From positions 31,054 to 95,053 of the forward strand of contig JAHDSQ010000002.1 in assembly GCA_018432615.1 (NCBI GenBank): 64,000 nucleotides of DNA. The letters run 5' to 3'. A program made the translations under genes and the position numbers. Each line of letters begins with the position of its first letter. The stretch's first letter is position 1. The notes under the pieces were generated by a model. The model saw only the letters and a program-made list of their open reading frames with translations, was not told where the DNA came from and ran no database searches. Shown here piece by piece: positions 17,389 through 27,673 of the stretch. This stretch comes from Clostridia bacterium (GTDB taxonomy: Bacteria; Bacillota; Peptococcia; DRI-13; SM3-B62).

Positions 17389-17631
17389 CTACTCCAATAA
17401 ACTTTTTATAATTCCCTCGACCGGGGAGTACGTCCACGCAATCAAATCCGATGGGTTGGGAATGTTCCAGCCCAAGGATTTCAATAAGGCAAGTAATATA
17501 CCCAATCCAACTAAAACGACAAAAGCCCCCAACTCCCTATGCATTTTCTTTTTAGATAAATCAGGGATCTCTATGAGGCATAAAATTATGCTAAAAACAG
17601 CGACGAACAAAGCAACAGCTATATCCTGCAT
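17389..17631 (-). CDS. small two-TM protein inside the ger operon (germinant-receptor D-subunit-like)
   Basis: 80 aa with two hydrophobic helices. Its start overlaps the gerC stop by 1 nt and it ends 8 nt before gerB. Confidence 0.5.
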   Translation of the reverse strand: MQDIAVALFVAVFSIILCLIEIPDLSKKKMHRELGAFVVLVGLGILLALLKSLGWNIPNPSDLIAWTYSPVEGIIKSLLE

Positions 17632-18821
17632 TAATCTTCCCCTTCCTTCAAGAACATAGGTTTTGAAATCTGCCCCGCCTGTTTTATCTCTACAGTGATG
17701 TCATAATGTACGGGTAGCTTCACATATTCGGTATCCCAACTGTCTTTTAACTTTTTCCATAGCTTTGGCTCTCTTCGATGAATAGCCTCTCCAAACCCAA
17801 AAATATCGGAATGCAATTCCTGTTGTGCTTTTTTTTGCACCTTCTCGCAGAGAAGCTTAATCCTTTTTTCCAAAAGCTCCTTTAAAATCTTTCTGTTTTC
17901 TTGCTTAGTAATATCCAAAACTCCTTCTACCGCTGCAATATTCAAAGACGTTTTGATTTTCACACAAACGGACGGCTTATCATCCTTACACGAAGCTATC
18001 ATTTTTGATTGAGAATCACGCACTTCACATACTATCTGGTCCTTTCCGTTATAATAAACTTGCTCTACGTAATTTCCCACATCTCCGATGATATAATGGT
18101 ATCCTTTCGCTTCATCTTCGGATAACCATCCAATGAGCTTATCCTCCTGAAATACCCCCATCCCTGTATACTGTAATCTTTTTGCATCATTTGAATTCTC
18201 CATTTCTGAATATCCTGCTTTAGATATAATTTCAATTCCCGGAAGTACCGGGTTTATTCCATCGGCAAGTATGCTTTGAACCAGAAAGATACTGTTAATA
18301 GCGCTAGTAATCCCCCAGTATCTTTCTGAATTCTCAAGAGAAAGATAGAGCTTGACTCCAGGAACAGACTCTAAGGGAGTTAAAATACCCAACACTTCGT
18401 TGGCGGTAGTTCCTTTGGCAATAACGTAGTAAAAATCAGTGCGGAATTCATGCTCCCTCATAAAAAAATCCAGTATGTCCTTGATTCCTTCCCTGGCCAA
18501 ATTTTCCCCCAACACCACCACCCGGACATGTGAATTGTACATCTTTCTGGAGGATTCTGTGGCTATTTTTCTGAGTGCGGAAAACAGGTTTTCCCCCTTC
18601 TGAACAAACAGGACAACCGGGTCTTCGTCGCTTCCTTTTTGCATTGCAAGCGCCGTTGGGTTCAGTACTTGCTTAGTGATTAAATAACCTTCATCTGTCT
18701 TGTCAATTCCTAAGCAAATGGTAATAGCCAGCGTATTGATCTCACGACTGCTCCAACAGCCGGTGCAAAATAACATCATGAGAAGTACTGGTATAATGGC
18801 TTTAGCTTTCATAAGAATCAC
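17631..18821 (-). CDS. spore germination lipoprotein, Ger(x)C family
   Basis: Signal peptide with lipobox (MLFCTGCWSSREI) and Ger(x)C-like body. Confidence 0.85.
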   Translation of the reverse strand: MILMKAKAIIPVLLMMLFCTGCWSSREINTLAITICLGIDKTDEGYLITKQVLNPTALAMQKGSDEDPVVLFVQKGENLFSALRKIATESSRKMYNSHVRVVVLGENLAREGIKDILDFFMREHEFRTDFYYVIAKGTTANEVLGILTPLESVPGVKLYLSLENSERYWGITSAINSIFLVQSILADGINPVLPGIEIISKAGYSEMENSNDAKRLQYTGMGVFQEDKLIGWLSEDEAKGYHYIIGDVGNYVEQVYYNGKDQIVCEVRDSQSKMIASCKDDKPSVCVKIKTSLNIAAVEGVLDITKQENRKILKELLEKRIKLLCEKVQKKAQQELHSDIFGFGEAIHRREPKLWKKLKDSWDTEYVKLPVHYDITVEIKQAGQISKPMFLKEGED

Positions 18822-20392
18822 CTAAATTCCTGATTGCCTTTCTTATTCTTTCGGACCGGATATTCTCCGCCAATCCTTCTTTTATCATCACCATGAAGGC
18901 CAAAGGGCCTGTTCTTCATTGCCCAAAAGGGAAAGCGGAAAAAGGTATCCACATTCCCGTCTTTTATCCAGGGGGCAATTGGCGTTAGATAAGGAACACC
19001 GATAGATTTTAACTTGCATAAATGGAGTGTTAAAATTATTATACCGATGAATACGCCATATAAACCTGTAACTCCCGCCAGAACCATGAATGCAAACCGC
19101 GTTGTTCTGACAGCATTGGACATTTCATAATTGGGAATAGCAAAGCTGGAAATAGCCGTAATAGAAACGATAATGACTATAACGTTGGAAATAATGCCCG
19201 CATCCACGGCAGCCTGCCCTAAAACCAAAGCCCCTACAATGGAAATGGCTGGCCCGATTGCTCTAGGCATTCGGATGCCGGCTTCCCTTAATATTTCAAA
19301 GGTGTTTTCCATTATTAAAGCCTCTAAAAAGGTGGGGAACGGAACCCCTTCTCTTTGAGCCGCAATACTAATCAAGAGGGGGGTTGGCAATATTTCCTGA
19401 TGAAATGTAGCAATAGCAATATAGAATGAGGGAATCAAGAGGGTAAGAAAAAAAGCAAAAAATCTCAATATACGCATCATAGTAGCAATAATGTAATGAT
19501 GGTAGTAGTCTTCACTGGAATGAAAAAACTCAACCATCAGTGCCGGGGCGGTAAGGACATAGGGAGTCCCATCGGTAAAAATGGCCACCTTGCCTTCTAA
19601 TAGCGCCGCAGCTACTGAATCGGGTTTTTCAGAACTCAGGAAAGTAGGAAAAATAGAGTAGCGGTCATCCTTAATCCATTCTTCAATATATGCTCCCTCC
19701 AGGATTGAATCTGTTTCAATCCTTTTGATTCTTCCCTGTATTTCCCGGACCATAGAGTCCTTGGCAATATTTTTGATATACATCAAGCCCACATCTGTCC
19801 TGGTCAGATTCCCCAGGGACAGGCTCTCAAGACTCAACGCATTGCTCTTGATTCTTTTCCTTACCAACATAATGTTTTGGTTTATATTTTCTGTAAACCC
19901 CTCCTTTGGACCGCGTATAACCGTTTGGGAGGAAGGCTCCTCAACAGAGCGTCCTTCAGTGCTCTCTGTGGGAATAGAAAGGTATTGGCTGCTGCCATGT
20001 AATAAAAATACAGTATTGCCGGACAGTAAATCCGCATACAAGTCTATATACCTATCCCCTTCTTTCAGAGTCCTTACTCCGGAAAAATGAGCCCTCAGCA
20101 CATCTAAAGGCAATGCCTGTCGACTTTTATTTTCTTTCATTTTTAGAATGCTGATTTCCTCAGATAAACTGTTGATAGTTTCCGTATTTACCAGAGTTTT
20201 GATGTAGAGACTTGCACAGATAGTATCCTGGTTATCACTCCATTTAAAAGAGTTTACTATTAAATCATCGTTTTGCTCAAAATCGGCTTTGATGTTAGTA
20301 ATATTTTTTAACAAATCCCGGTAAAGAAAGCCATCTGTCCGGGGTATTTGTTTTTTATTCTTTCTACGAAATACCCTTCTTAGAATTCCCAT
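18818..20392 (-). CDS. spore germination protein, GerAA/GerKA family (A subunit)
   Basis: 524 aa. The conserved A-subunit core (VIRGPKEGFTENI..., TDGTPYVLTAPA) is followed by C-terminal TM segments. Confidence 0.85.
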   Translation of the reverse strand: MGILRRVFRRKNKKQIPRTDGFLYRDLLKNITNIKADFEQNDDLIVNSFKWSDNQDTICASLYIKTLVNTETINSLSEEISILKMKENKSRQALPLDVLRAHFSGVRTLKEGDRYIDLYADLLSGNTVFLLHGSSQYLSIPTESTEGRSVEEPSSQTVIRGPKEGFTENINQNIMLVRKRIKSNALSLESLSLGNLTRTDVGLMYIKNIAKDSMVREIQGRIKRIETDSILEGAYIEEWIKDDRYSIFPTFLSSEKPDSVAAALLEGKVAIFTDGTPYVLTAPALMVEFFHSSEDYYHHYIIATMMRILRFFAFFLTLLIPSFYIAIATFHQEILPTPLLISIAAQREGVPFPTFLEALIMENTFEILREAGIRMPRAIGPAISIVGALVLGQAAVDAGIISNVIVIIVSITAISSFAIPNYEMSNAVRTTRFAFMVLAGVTGLYGVFIGIIILTLHLCKLKSIGVPYLTPIAPWIKDGNVDTFFRFPFWAMKNRPFGLHGDDKRRIGGEYPVRKNKKGNQEFR

Positions 20393-20582
20393 CCGCTTCC
20401 CTCAGGTTTTCCTGTTTTGCCTATTTTAACCGGCAATATTAATATTTATCCTTATAATCCCCAAATACCGTAGACAATGATGCTTTTGCACCAATGCCTA
20501 CGGTAGGTTTAATGCCGTCTTTTCTCATGCTTATTTTTAATTATGGTTGTTATTTTATATTATTGAGGTATTTTTCTAATTC

Positions 20583-21347
20583 TCAAGGCATCATGAATTC
20601 GCAAGGTACTGCTGTTTGACATTTTCCACATCCGAACCTTGGATCGAATACCGGTGATAACACTTCGCCAAAGTAGGTTGCACAGGTTGGGATATCTTTT
20701 CCCTCCCAGGCTATTGCACCGGAAGGGCAGCGTGCAATGCACTCTCCGCACGTGGTGCAGTAATCGCAAAGCACCGTATAGGCACGTGGAGTAGGTTCCA
20801 TCTTTTCCTCTGTCACTACACTGCCATATCGACCGGCACAACCCTTTTTAGTAATAAGCGATCTGCTTAAGCCAAATGTACCTAGTCCGGCAATATATGC
20901 TACATGCCGCTCTGACCAATTACTCTGTAAATCAACTAATGAAAATCGCGGATCAAGACCCGGAGCCACAGCACTGGCTCCATTTTTTCGCAGCAGGTCA
21001 ACAATGAAAGCACGGAGCTCATCGTTTAAGGTTTCGCCTTGAGTCTGCCCATGGACCCATTCTATTGCAGGCAAGCCATTTTTTGAGTTAGCTCCACGCA
21101 CCTCCTCTGATAATGGCAAAAAATAAGAAATAACTGTTTTGGCACCTGTCAACCATTCAGTAGGCAAATAATGATTGGGACCTATTACATCTAGACTCTT
21201 AAGTTGAACAAACATAGCATCATTGGCATCTGCGATACCAACAAGCGGTTGGTCATAAATCTTCTTGAGCCCAATCTCATCGACCTTGTTTAATGGACTC
21301 GTTTCGACAAAATTCGTAATTTTTGTTACAAAAGACTCAAACTTCAT
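20583..21347 (-). CDS. 4Fe-4S cluster protein of the epoxyqueuosine-reductase (QueG)-like family
   Basis: The track ORF extends to 21437. The ATG at 21347 follows a G-rich RBS. C-terminal CDYCTTCGECIARCPSGAI ... GCGKCQTAVPC ferredoxin-type motifs. Confidence 0.55.
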   Translation of the reverse strand: MKFESFVTKITNFVETSPLNKVDEIGLKKIYDQPLVGIADANDAMFVQLKSLDVIGPNHYLPTEWLTGAKTVISYFLPLSEEVRGANSKNGLPAIEWVHGQTQGETLNDELRAFIVDLLRKNGASAVAPGLDPRFSLVDLQSNWSERHVAYIAGLGTFGLSRSLITKKGCAGRYGSVVTEEKMEPTPRAYTVLCDYCTTCGECIARCPSGAIAWEGKDIPTCATYFGEVLSPVFDPRFGCGKCQTAVPCEFMMP

Positions 21348-21465
21348 AATTATCCCCCCATATTTATCCTCGATACCCGAGATTTTACATTTATTCTCTT
21401 TTATATTACAGCAAAACTCGACACTTGTAAAGTACAAACATTTTTACCAGTATTTACTCTAAAAT

Positions 21466-21503
21466 CCCCTCCCGTCTGATTGGGGCACATCAGAGAGGAG
21501 GGG
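21466..21503 (-). terminator. intrinsic terminator after ald
   Basis: Imperfect GC-rich stem (CCCCTC..TCTGAT / ATCAGA..GAGGGG) followed on the minus strand by ATTTTAG. Confidence 0.5.
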
Positions 21504-21537
21504 AATAATGTTTAAAACATCCGTTGTTTTTATTACC

Positions 21538-22659
21538 TCAGCACTTGATTACATCGTCCAAGGGGGTATATGGCAGATTAAGGTCTTCCGCTACTGCTGC
21601 GTAAGTCACCTTTCCTTCCACAACGTTTACCCCTTTAGCCAATACCGGGTTTTCCGCAACGGCTTTCTTCCAGCCCTTTTTGGCAATTTCCACGGCATAA
21701 GGCATCGTAACATTAGTCAGAGCAAAGGTCGAGGTACGGGCCACCGCTCCTGGCATATTAGCAACGGAATAATGAACAACACCATGTTTAAGATAAACCG
21801 GGTCACTATGGGTTGTAACCCTATCAATGGTCTCAATCGAACCGCCTTGGTCGATAGCCACATCGACAATTACCGAACCCGGCTTCATTCCCTTAACCAT
21901 TCCCTCTGTTACAAGCCTGGGAGCCTTTGCCCCCGGAATCAGAACCGCACCGACCAGCAAGTCCGCTTTAGCCACCTCTTGTTCAATATTATAAGCATTA
22001 GACATAATCGTCTTTACCCTTCCCTTAAACATATCGTCCAGGTAAATCAAACGATTAAGGTTTTTCTCAATTATTGTTACTTGCGCACCTAGCCCCACAG
22101 CCATTCTGGCGGCATTCGTTCCAACAATACCACCGCCGATAATGACTACATAGCCTGGTTCAACACCGGGAACACCACCTAATAGGACACCACTTCCCCC
22201 ATAGGGTTTTTCCAAAAAGTGCGCACCAATCTGTACCGACATCCTTCCCGCTACTTCACTCATCGGCATCAAAAGAGGCAATCCCCCGTTAGGAAGCTGA
22301 ACTGTCTCATAAGCTATGCCCACGACCTTCTTTTTTAATAAAGCCTTTGTTAATTCGGGCTCCGGAGCCAGGTGAAGATAAGTATAAAGGATTTGTCCTT
22401 CTTTAAATAACTCATATTCCTGCGGTTGTGGCTCCTTTACTTTAATAATCATTTCCGACAAAGCGTATACCTTAGCGGCACTATCCAGTACTTCTGCTCC
22501 AGACTGAACGTATTCCTCATTTTCAATCCCGCTTCCCAGTCCGGCGTCTTTCTCCACAAAAACCTTATTCCCTGTATCAACAAGGGCCCTCACTCCAGCC
22601 GGGGTGATGCCTACACGGTTTTCATTATTCTTTATTTCCTTTGGCACACCGATAATCAT
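21538..22659 (-). CDS. ald: alanine dehydrogenase
   Basis: 373 aa starting [23 protein letters not shown], with NAD fold [14 protein letters not shown]. Confidence 0.9.
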   Translation of the reverse strand: MIIGVPKEIKNNENRVGITPAGVRALVDTGNKVFVEKDAGLGSGIENEEYVQSGAEVLDSAAKVYALSEMIIKVKEPQPQEYELFKEGQILYTYLHLAPEPELTKALLKKKVVGIAYETVQLPNGGLPLLMPMSEVAGRMSVQIGAHFLEKPYGGSGVLLGGVPGVEPGYVVIIGGGIVGTNAARMAVGLGAQVTIIEKNLNRLIYLDDMFKGRVKTIMSNAYNIEQEVAKADLLVGAVLIPGAKAPRLVTEGMVKGMKPGSVIVDVAIDQGGSIETIDRVTTHSDPVYLKHGVVHYSVANMPGAVARTSTFALTNVTMPYAVEIAKKGWKKAVAENPVLAKGVNVVEGKVTYAAVAEDLNLPYTPLDDVIKC

Positions 22660-22689
22660 TTTTATATCCTCCTCTGACTCAATAATGCA

Positions 22690-23871
22690 TCATATCTTCA
22701 TTAAGGCCTGCTCCAAATCAGCCAAAAGGTCTTCGGCATCTTCAATCCCTACCGACATTCTCACCAACCCGTCGGATATCCCGGCCTTCATCCTTTCCTC
22801 CCCGGAAACAAAAGAGTGGGTCATAGTAGCCGGATGCTGAATCAGGCTGTCTGCTTCCCCTAAACTAACCGCAACTCTGAAAAGACCAACATTATTGATC
22901 AATCTTTCTCCGGCTTGGATTCCTCCCTTCATTTCAAAGCTTAACATGCCTCCGAATCCATCCATTTGTTTTTTGGCCAGCTCATGCTGTGGGAACGAGC
23001 TTAAGCCGGGATAGTATACCTCATTTACTTTAGGATGAGCTTCAAGGTATTGAGCAACCTTCATAGCATTGGAGCAATGTTTTTCCATGCGTAACGGTAA
23101 TGTTTTCAATCCCCTTAACAACAACCAGGCATCAAAAGGGCTCATTATTCCACCTATATCAGTAAAAACACCAGATTTTATATCTCCAATATTTTTTTTG
23201 TTCCCAACAATAATTCCTCCGATAACATCTCCGTGACCGCATATGTATTTTGTAGCACTGTGAACCACTAAATCGATCCCCTGCTCAAGCGGTCTTTGTA
23301 AATATGGGGATGTAAAACTACCGTCAATTATCGTAATAAGTTTATTGCTTCTTGCTATCTGGGCGACAGCATGCATATCAACAATTTTCATAGTTGGATT
23401 AGCAGGTGATTCAAAATAAAAAAGCTTGGTGTTTTCTCTAACGGCACCTGATATGTTGTCCGGGTCACTGGCATCGACATAACTTACTTCTATACCGTAC
23501 TTAGGAATAACATGATTTAATAGAGATAACGTACAGCCATACAAAGTATTGTCCGCTAGCATATGATCGCCCTTTTTCAGCAAACCAAACAATACTGTAG
23601 AAATTGCAGCCATCCCGGAAGCAGTGGCCAGCGCAGACTCCCCTCCCTCTAGTATAGCTACCTTTTCTTCCAAGGCGTTTATGGTAGGATTGCCCAAACG
23701 CGAATATATATAGCCCTTCTCCTCGCCGGCAAACCTTGCTGCTCCCTGATTAGCAGATTCAAAGGCAAAAGATGCGGTCTGATAAAGGGGCGGCACCAAT
23801 GCTCCTGTCAACAAGCAGGGCTCTTGTCCGGCATGTACGGCTAAGGTAGCGAATTTGTGCTTCTTTTTCAT
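22690..23871 (-). CDS. methionine gamma-lyase / Cys-Met-metabolism PLP-dependent enzyme family
   Basis: The probable start at 23871 (MKKKHKFATLAVHAG) has a GAGGGA RBS. PLP-lysine region HSATKYICGHGD. Confidence 0.8.
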   Translation of the reverse strand: MKKKHKFATLAVHAGQEPCLLTGALVPPLYQTASFAFESANQGAARFAGEEKGYIYSRLGNPTINALEEKVAILEGGESALATASGMAAISTVLFGLLKKGDHMLADNTLYGCTLSLLNHVIPKYGIEVSYVDASDPDNISGAVRENTKLFYFESPANPTMKIVDMHAVAQIARSNKLITIIDGSFTSPYLQRPLEQGIDLVVHSATKYICGHGDVIGGIIVGNKKNIGDIKSGVFTDIGGIMSPFDAWLLLRGLKTLPLRMEKHCSNAMKVAQYLEAHPKVNEVYYPGLSSFPQHELAKKQMDGFGGMLSFEMKGGIQAGERLINNVGLFRVAVSLGEADSLIQHPATMTHSFVSGEERMKAGISDGLVRMSVGIEDAEDLLADLEQALMKI

Positions 23872-23903
23872 TTGAAGTCCCTCTCTTCTTGTACTAGACA
23901 ACT

Positions 23904-24566
23904 TTAGTATACAAATACTCTCGCATCCACAACATAAACATCATCTTCTCGTACAATAACCGGATTCAAGTCCACCTCGGCAATATTCTCTTCTTCGATT
24001 AACTTTGACAGCTTAAGAATAATATCTACAACACCCTTAATATACTTAGCTTTTTCTGAACGATAACCGGTTAAAAGCTTAGAGCTTTTTACCTCGCTAA
24101 TCATCTGCTCAACATCGAAAGAAGTCAGCGGTAAAACCCTGACGGATACATCCTTAAAAAGCTCAACAAAAATCCCACCCAGGCCGAATATGATGTATTT
24201 TCCAAATTCCGCATCCTCTGAACATCCAATAATAACCTCTACTCCGTCTTTTATCATTTCAGTTATCAAAACCCCGTCAACACAATGACCATACTGTTCT
24301 GCCAGCTTCATAATATTACAGTAAGCCTTCCTAACTTCGCTTTCATTTTCCAGGTTAAGTTTTACCCCACCTACATCCGATTTATGAGCTATCTCGGACG
24401 AAACAACTTTCATCGCAACAGGATAGCCTATTTCTTTCGCAGCAGCAACAGCCTCATTCTCCTGGCAAACATATCGGCTGGCGGGCAGAGGAATATCATA
24501 TTTCCTTAGAATCTGATAAGCCTCCGGTTCAAGAAGCATCTCTTTTTGTTTAACAGCTGTGATCAC
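23904..24566 (-). CDS. ADP-forming acyl-CoA synthetase (acetate--CoA ligase family), ATP-grasp beta subunit
   Basis: 220 aa. EAYQILRKYDIPLP...GYPVAMKVVSSEIAHKSDVGGVKLNL ATP-grasp signature. Confidence 0.8.
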   Translation of the reverse strand: MITAVKQKEMLLEPEAYQILRKYDIPLPASRYVCQENEAVAAAKEIGYPVAMKVVSSEIAHKSDVGGVKLNLENESEVRKAYCNIMKLAEQYGHCVDGVLITEMIKDGVEVIIGCSEDAEFGKYIIFGLGGIFVELFKDVSVRVLPLTSFDVEQMISEVKSSKLLTGYRSEKAKYIKGVVDIILKLSKLIEEENIAEVDLNPVIVREDDVYVVDARVFVY

Positions 24567-24598
24567 TTAAACCAACTCCTACTTTTTACTTTAAGCTA

Positions 24599-25936
24599 TC
24601 AATTTATTGACGACTTTTTTTGAAAGGTTTGCGCTATTGCTTTTACTGCTCTGTACGGTGAAGGGAAAACAGGAAGTCCCTGCTTATGCATCTTCATCGT
24701 CTCCTCTACCTGCACCTCGGCTCCCCCGAAAAAGCAAACAACTATTTCCTGATCAATCAGTTCCCTGACCTCAAGAAATGCTTCTGCCACTCCCCGGATA
24801 GGGTCGCCTACAATAGGCATAAAAACGTCTATCCCTTCCTCTTTACTAAGCTCCAGCATAATTTCTTTATAGAGAGCGGGATTCGCATCTCCTGTCAAAT
24901 CGAAAGGATTTCCTACGGTAAAATGCTGAGGGTATTTGGCCTTTAATTTTCTGCAGCGGTCTTCTGAAATCATTGCTAATTCCATATTTTCTTCGACAAT
25001 AGCGTCACAGGCCAGAACAGCCCCTCCACCTGAACTGCTGACAAGCTGAATTTTTTTACCGCGCAGCTTTTTGGTCATACTAAGAAGCTTCGCACAGTCA
25101 TAGAACTCTCCCAAATTATCTGTATTGATTAACCCGTACTGTCTGCAAACCCCTTCAAATACTTCTCTTTTTCCGGTGATTGAATTTGTATGTGTATTGG
25201 CTGCCTTTTGTCCCGCCTCTGTCTTTCCCGGCTTAAGAATTACAACCGGCTTTTTTAGTCTGGCCGCCATATTTAAAAACGCCTTACCATTGCTGACCGC
25301 TTCCAGATAGAGAGCAATCGCACCCGTATTTTTGTCTTGGTCAAAGTATTCCAGTAAATCAAGTTCATTCACATCTGCTTTATTCCCGAGGCTAACAATG
25401 GCAGAAACACCTATCCCTTCATTTTCCGCTTGTTTTCCCAGTTCTGCCCCGACACTTCCGCTTTGCGATATAATGGCCATTTTACCCTCTTGTTTAATAA
25501 GAGGCCAAGTCGCACACATTTTATTGGGCGTGTAATTAACACCCTGACAATTTGGTCCAACCATCCTTATCTTGTACTTTTTAATAATCTCAACTACTTT
25601 TTCCTGAAGCGCCTTCTCTCCGGCTTCGCTGAAGCCGCCTGAAATTATTATCGCTGATTTGACCCCTTTTTTTCCTGCTTCTTCCATAACATCAGGAACC
25701 ATGTGGTTTTTTACAATGATTACAGCCAACTCTACGTCATCAGGTATGTCTGAAAGAGAGGGATAGCTTTTCAGCCCTAAGACTAATGCCTCTTTAGGAT
25801 TTACAGGATAAACAACTCCCTTATAACCACCTTCTAAAATATTTGACAAAACAATATTGCCATACTTGCTCGGATTATTAGAAGCCCCTACTACTGCTAA
25901 AGATTTTGCTTCAAACAGGCAGGATAATTGTGACAC
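24599..25936 (-). CDS. ADP-forming acyl-CoA synthetase, CoA-binding/ligase alpha subunit
   Basis: 445 aa. KSLAVVGASNNPSKYGN...VYPVNPK CoA-binding domain plus a succinyl-CoA-synthetase-like domain. Confidence 0.8.
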   Translation of the reverse strand: MSQLSCLFEAKSLAVVGASNNPSKYGNIVLSNILEGGYKGVVYPVNPKEALVLGLKSYPSLSDIPDDVELAVIIVKNHMVPDVMEEAGKKGVKSAIIISGGFSEAGEKALQEKVVEIIKKYKIRMVGPNCQGVNYTPNKMCATWPLIKQEGKMAIISQSGSVGAELGKQAENEGIGVSAIVSLGNKADVNELDLLEYFDQDKNTGAIALYLEAVSNGKAFLNMAARLKKPVVILKPGKTEAGQKAANTHTNSITGKREVFEGVCRQYGLINTDNLGEFYDCAKLLSMTKKLRGKKIQLVSSSGGGAVLACDAIVEENMELAMISEDRCRKLKAKYPQHFTVGNPFDLTGDANPALYKEIMLELSKEEGIDVFMPIVGDPIRGVAEAFLEVRELIDQEIVVCFFGGAEVQVEETMKMHKQGLPVFPSPYRAVKAIAQTFQKKSSIN

Positions 25937-25976
25937 TTTTCCTAACCCCCTCTTAATTGTCTTTTATTATCAATAA

Positions 25977-26249
25977 TCATTCTTCTCTAATTCTGCGCAC
26001 TTCCAAAACTACCGGGTTAACGGGATCGGGACAGCATCCGATATAAACATCCGGATCCTCCTTAGCCCAAGGATATTGCCCCCCAAACATCAAAGTCCGA
26101 ATCTCAGGATCAATAGCACTATACGCAAAAATACAGAATCCCGCGGGAGTATACCTGTCTATAATGAATTCGTCCCCTTCTTTGTGTCCGGCAGCACAAT
26201 TGCCTTTTTGAGAAATGACTTTAACCTTCACCTTATAGCGCCCTGCCAT
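25977..26249 (-). CDS. TIGR04076-like small Cys-containing protein of unknown function
   Basis: 90 aa. YKVKVKVISQKGNCAAGHKEGDEF...PAGFC...GGQYPW...CCPDPVNPVVLEVRRI matches my recollection of that family. RBS is AAGGGGGGGG. Confidence 0.6.
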   Translation of the reverse strand: MAGRYKVKVKVISQKGNCAAGHKEGDEFIIDRYTPAGFCIFAYSAIDPEIRTLMFGGQYPWAKEDPDVYIGCCPDPVNPVVLEVRRIREE

Positions 26250-26290
26250 CTGTAGCCCCCCCCTTGTATATCTTTTCCTTATATACCTTG

Positions 26291-26337
26291 GTTTTTAACT
26301 CGGCGGGGGACTCTCTTTCCTCCACCGAGTTAAAAAC
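26291..26337 (-). other. 16-bp stem-loop between the M24 gene and the TIGR04076-like gene (no U-tract)
   Basis: Minus strand: GTTTTTAACTCGGTGG - 15-nt loop - CCGCCGAGTTAAAAAC (one G-U pair), followed by CAAGGTAT. Confidence 0.6.
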
Positions 26338-26370
26338 TGAAATTACAGAACTAATACTAAGTTAAACTGA

Positions 26371-27639
26371 TTAAAGTATGGGATGGGTAACCTGAAGTAT
26401 CTCCCTGTTGTAACCCGCTAATTTTTTACATCCGTCTTTTGTGATAACGAACTGATCTTGAATCCCAAACTTGCCTGTTCCACCATTCATCTTTAAATGC
26501 TCATACACCCAAGGTTCAATTGACAAGACCATACCTTCTTCAATTACCATGTCATTCCAGGCGTCTATGGATGGCGGCTCATGAGTATCCAGCCCCGTGC
26601 CATGTCCTCCCATATCTAATACCGGGAAGCCACCTTTTTTGATGGGATCATACATGATGTTCCATATCTCGTTTGCTTTTATACCGGGACGCAAAGCATC
26701 TTCAACCAGATCTTCGCATTTAAAGATCAATTCATACATTTTTTTCATTTCATCAGTGACAGGACTGATTTGAATCATCCTGGCTGTATCAGGGGCATAA
26801 CCTTTGTAATCATAGAACATATCGTAGAAAATATAGTCGCCTTTTACAATTGGAGCACCTTCATGAACACCGATATCGGCGCATAATTCCTTGTTAAGGG
26901 CAGCCCGGAAGGAGCCCTGCAAACCGATACTGTCTCCCAAATGACTGGTTCCCAACGACGCAGCTTTGCCCTGGGCAATTCTGCTAAGGTCAAGCTCATC
27001 CATGCCCGGCCTGAACTCTTCAACCAGAGCCGAGGCAATCGCTGAAATTGCTGCTACGGAAGTAGAAATGCGGTCGACCTCCAATGGCGATTTTATCATG
27101 CGACAACCCCAAATCACTCCGTCGCCGTCAACGATTTTCGCCTTCGGTAATGATTCAATGAAAACCTCAATATCGTTTAAGGGTCTCGGTATCCACATAC
27201 AGCCCAAAGGCCCTTTTTCCATACCAACATTTTTCTCACCATAACCCATTTCAATTATTAAATTGGCTACATCAACCGAAAGTTCCCTTTGAGATTTCGG
27301 CTGGTGCGGATCAAGATAACCGTACATATCCCTGGTCCAACAGAGGTTTTCTGCCGTGCCCATAAAGAAGTCAGGCACAATCAAAACAGGGTCACCCTTT
27401 AATGGAATAATTCCTACAGCACACTGAATGCTGGGACATAACCAATGAATGGACTGGAATCCAAAATAGTACCTGATATTATTCCTGTTCCAGAGAACAA
27501 GACAGTCCACACCCTTTTCTTCCATCAACCTCTGTGCTTTCGTATAACGCGCAACATACTCTGCATAAGGTACATCGGGATAAGCGGGGGTCTTGATGAA
27601 TTTGTAACCGCTATACTTTTGCAATGCCATTTCATTCAC
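26371..27639 (-). CDS. M24-family metallohydrolase (Xaa-Pro peptidase / creatinase-like)
   Basis: 422 aa. N-terminal creatinase-like domain plus a C-terminal pita-bread fold (GHGTGLDTHEPP, EPW). Confidence 0.75.
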   Translation of the reverse strand: MNEMALQKYSGYKFIKTPAYPDVPYAEYVARYTKAQRLMEEKGVDCLVLWNRNNIRYYFGFQSIHWLCPSIQCAVGIIPLKGDPVLIVPDFFMGTAENLCWTRDMYGYLDPHQPKSQRELSVDVANLIIEMGYGEKNVGMEKGPLGCMWIPRPLNDIEVFIESLPKAKIVDGDGVIWGCRMIKSPLEVDRISTSVAAISAIASALVEEFRPGMDELDLSRIAQGKAASLGTSHLGDSIGLQGSFRAALNKELCADIGVHEGAPIVKGDYIFYDMFYDYKGYAPDTARMIQISPVTDEMKKMYELIFKCEDLVEDALRPGIKANEIWNIMYDPIKKGGFPVLDMGGHGTGLDTHEPPSIDAWNDMVIEEGMVLSIEPWVYEHLKMNGGTGKFGIQDQFVITKDGCKKLAGYNREILQVTHPIL

Positions 27640-27673
27640 TCCTTATAATCTAATGATTTTTTATATAACGGTA

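Noticed and set aside
20393-20582. 28-aa minus-strand ORF (MRKDGIKPTVGIGAKASLSTVFGDYKDKY) upstream of gerA
   Set aside because: No Shine-Dalgarno sequence precedes it. The region is more likely the promoter and leader of the ger operon.
21508-22092. Long plus-strand ORFs such as 21508-22092, 3283-3834, 32768-33250, 37608-38321, 43441-43959 and 61226-61720
   Set aside because: All lie antisense to well-supported minus-strand genes (ald, uxaA-like, Mo-hydroxylase, lpd, sdaAA, purL). They have odd composition, no RBS and no recognisable domains, so they are shadow ORFs.
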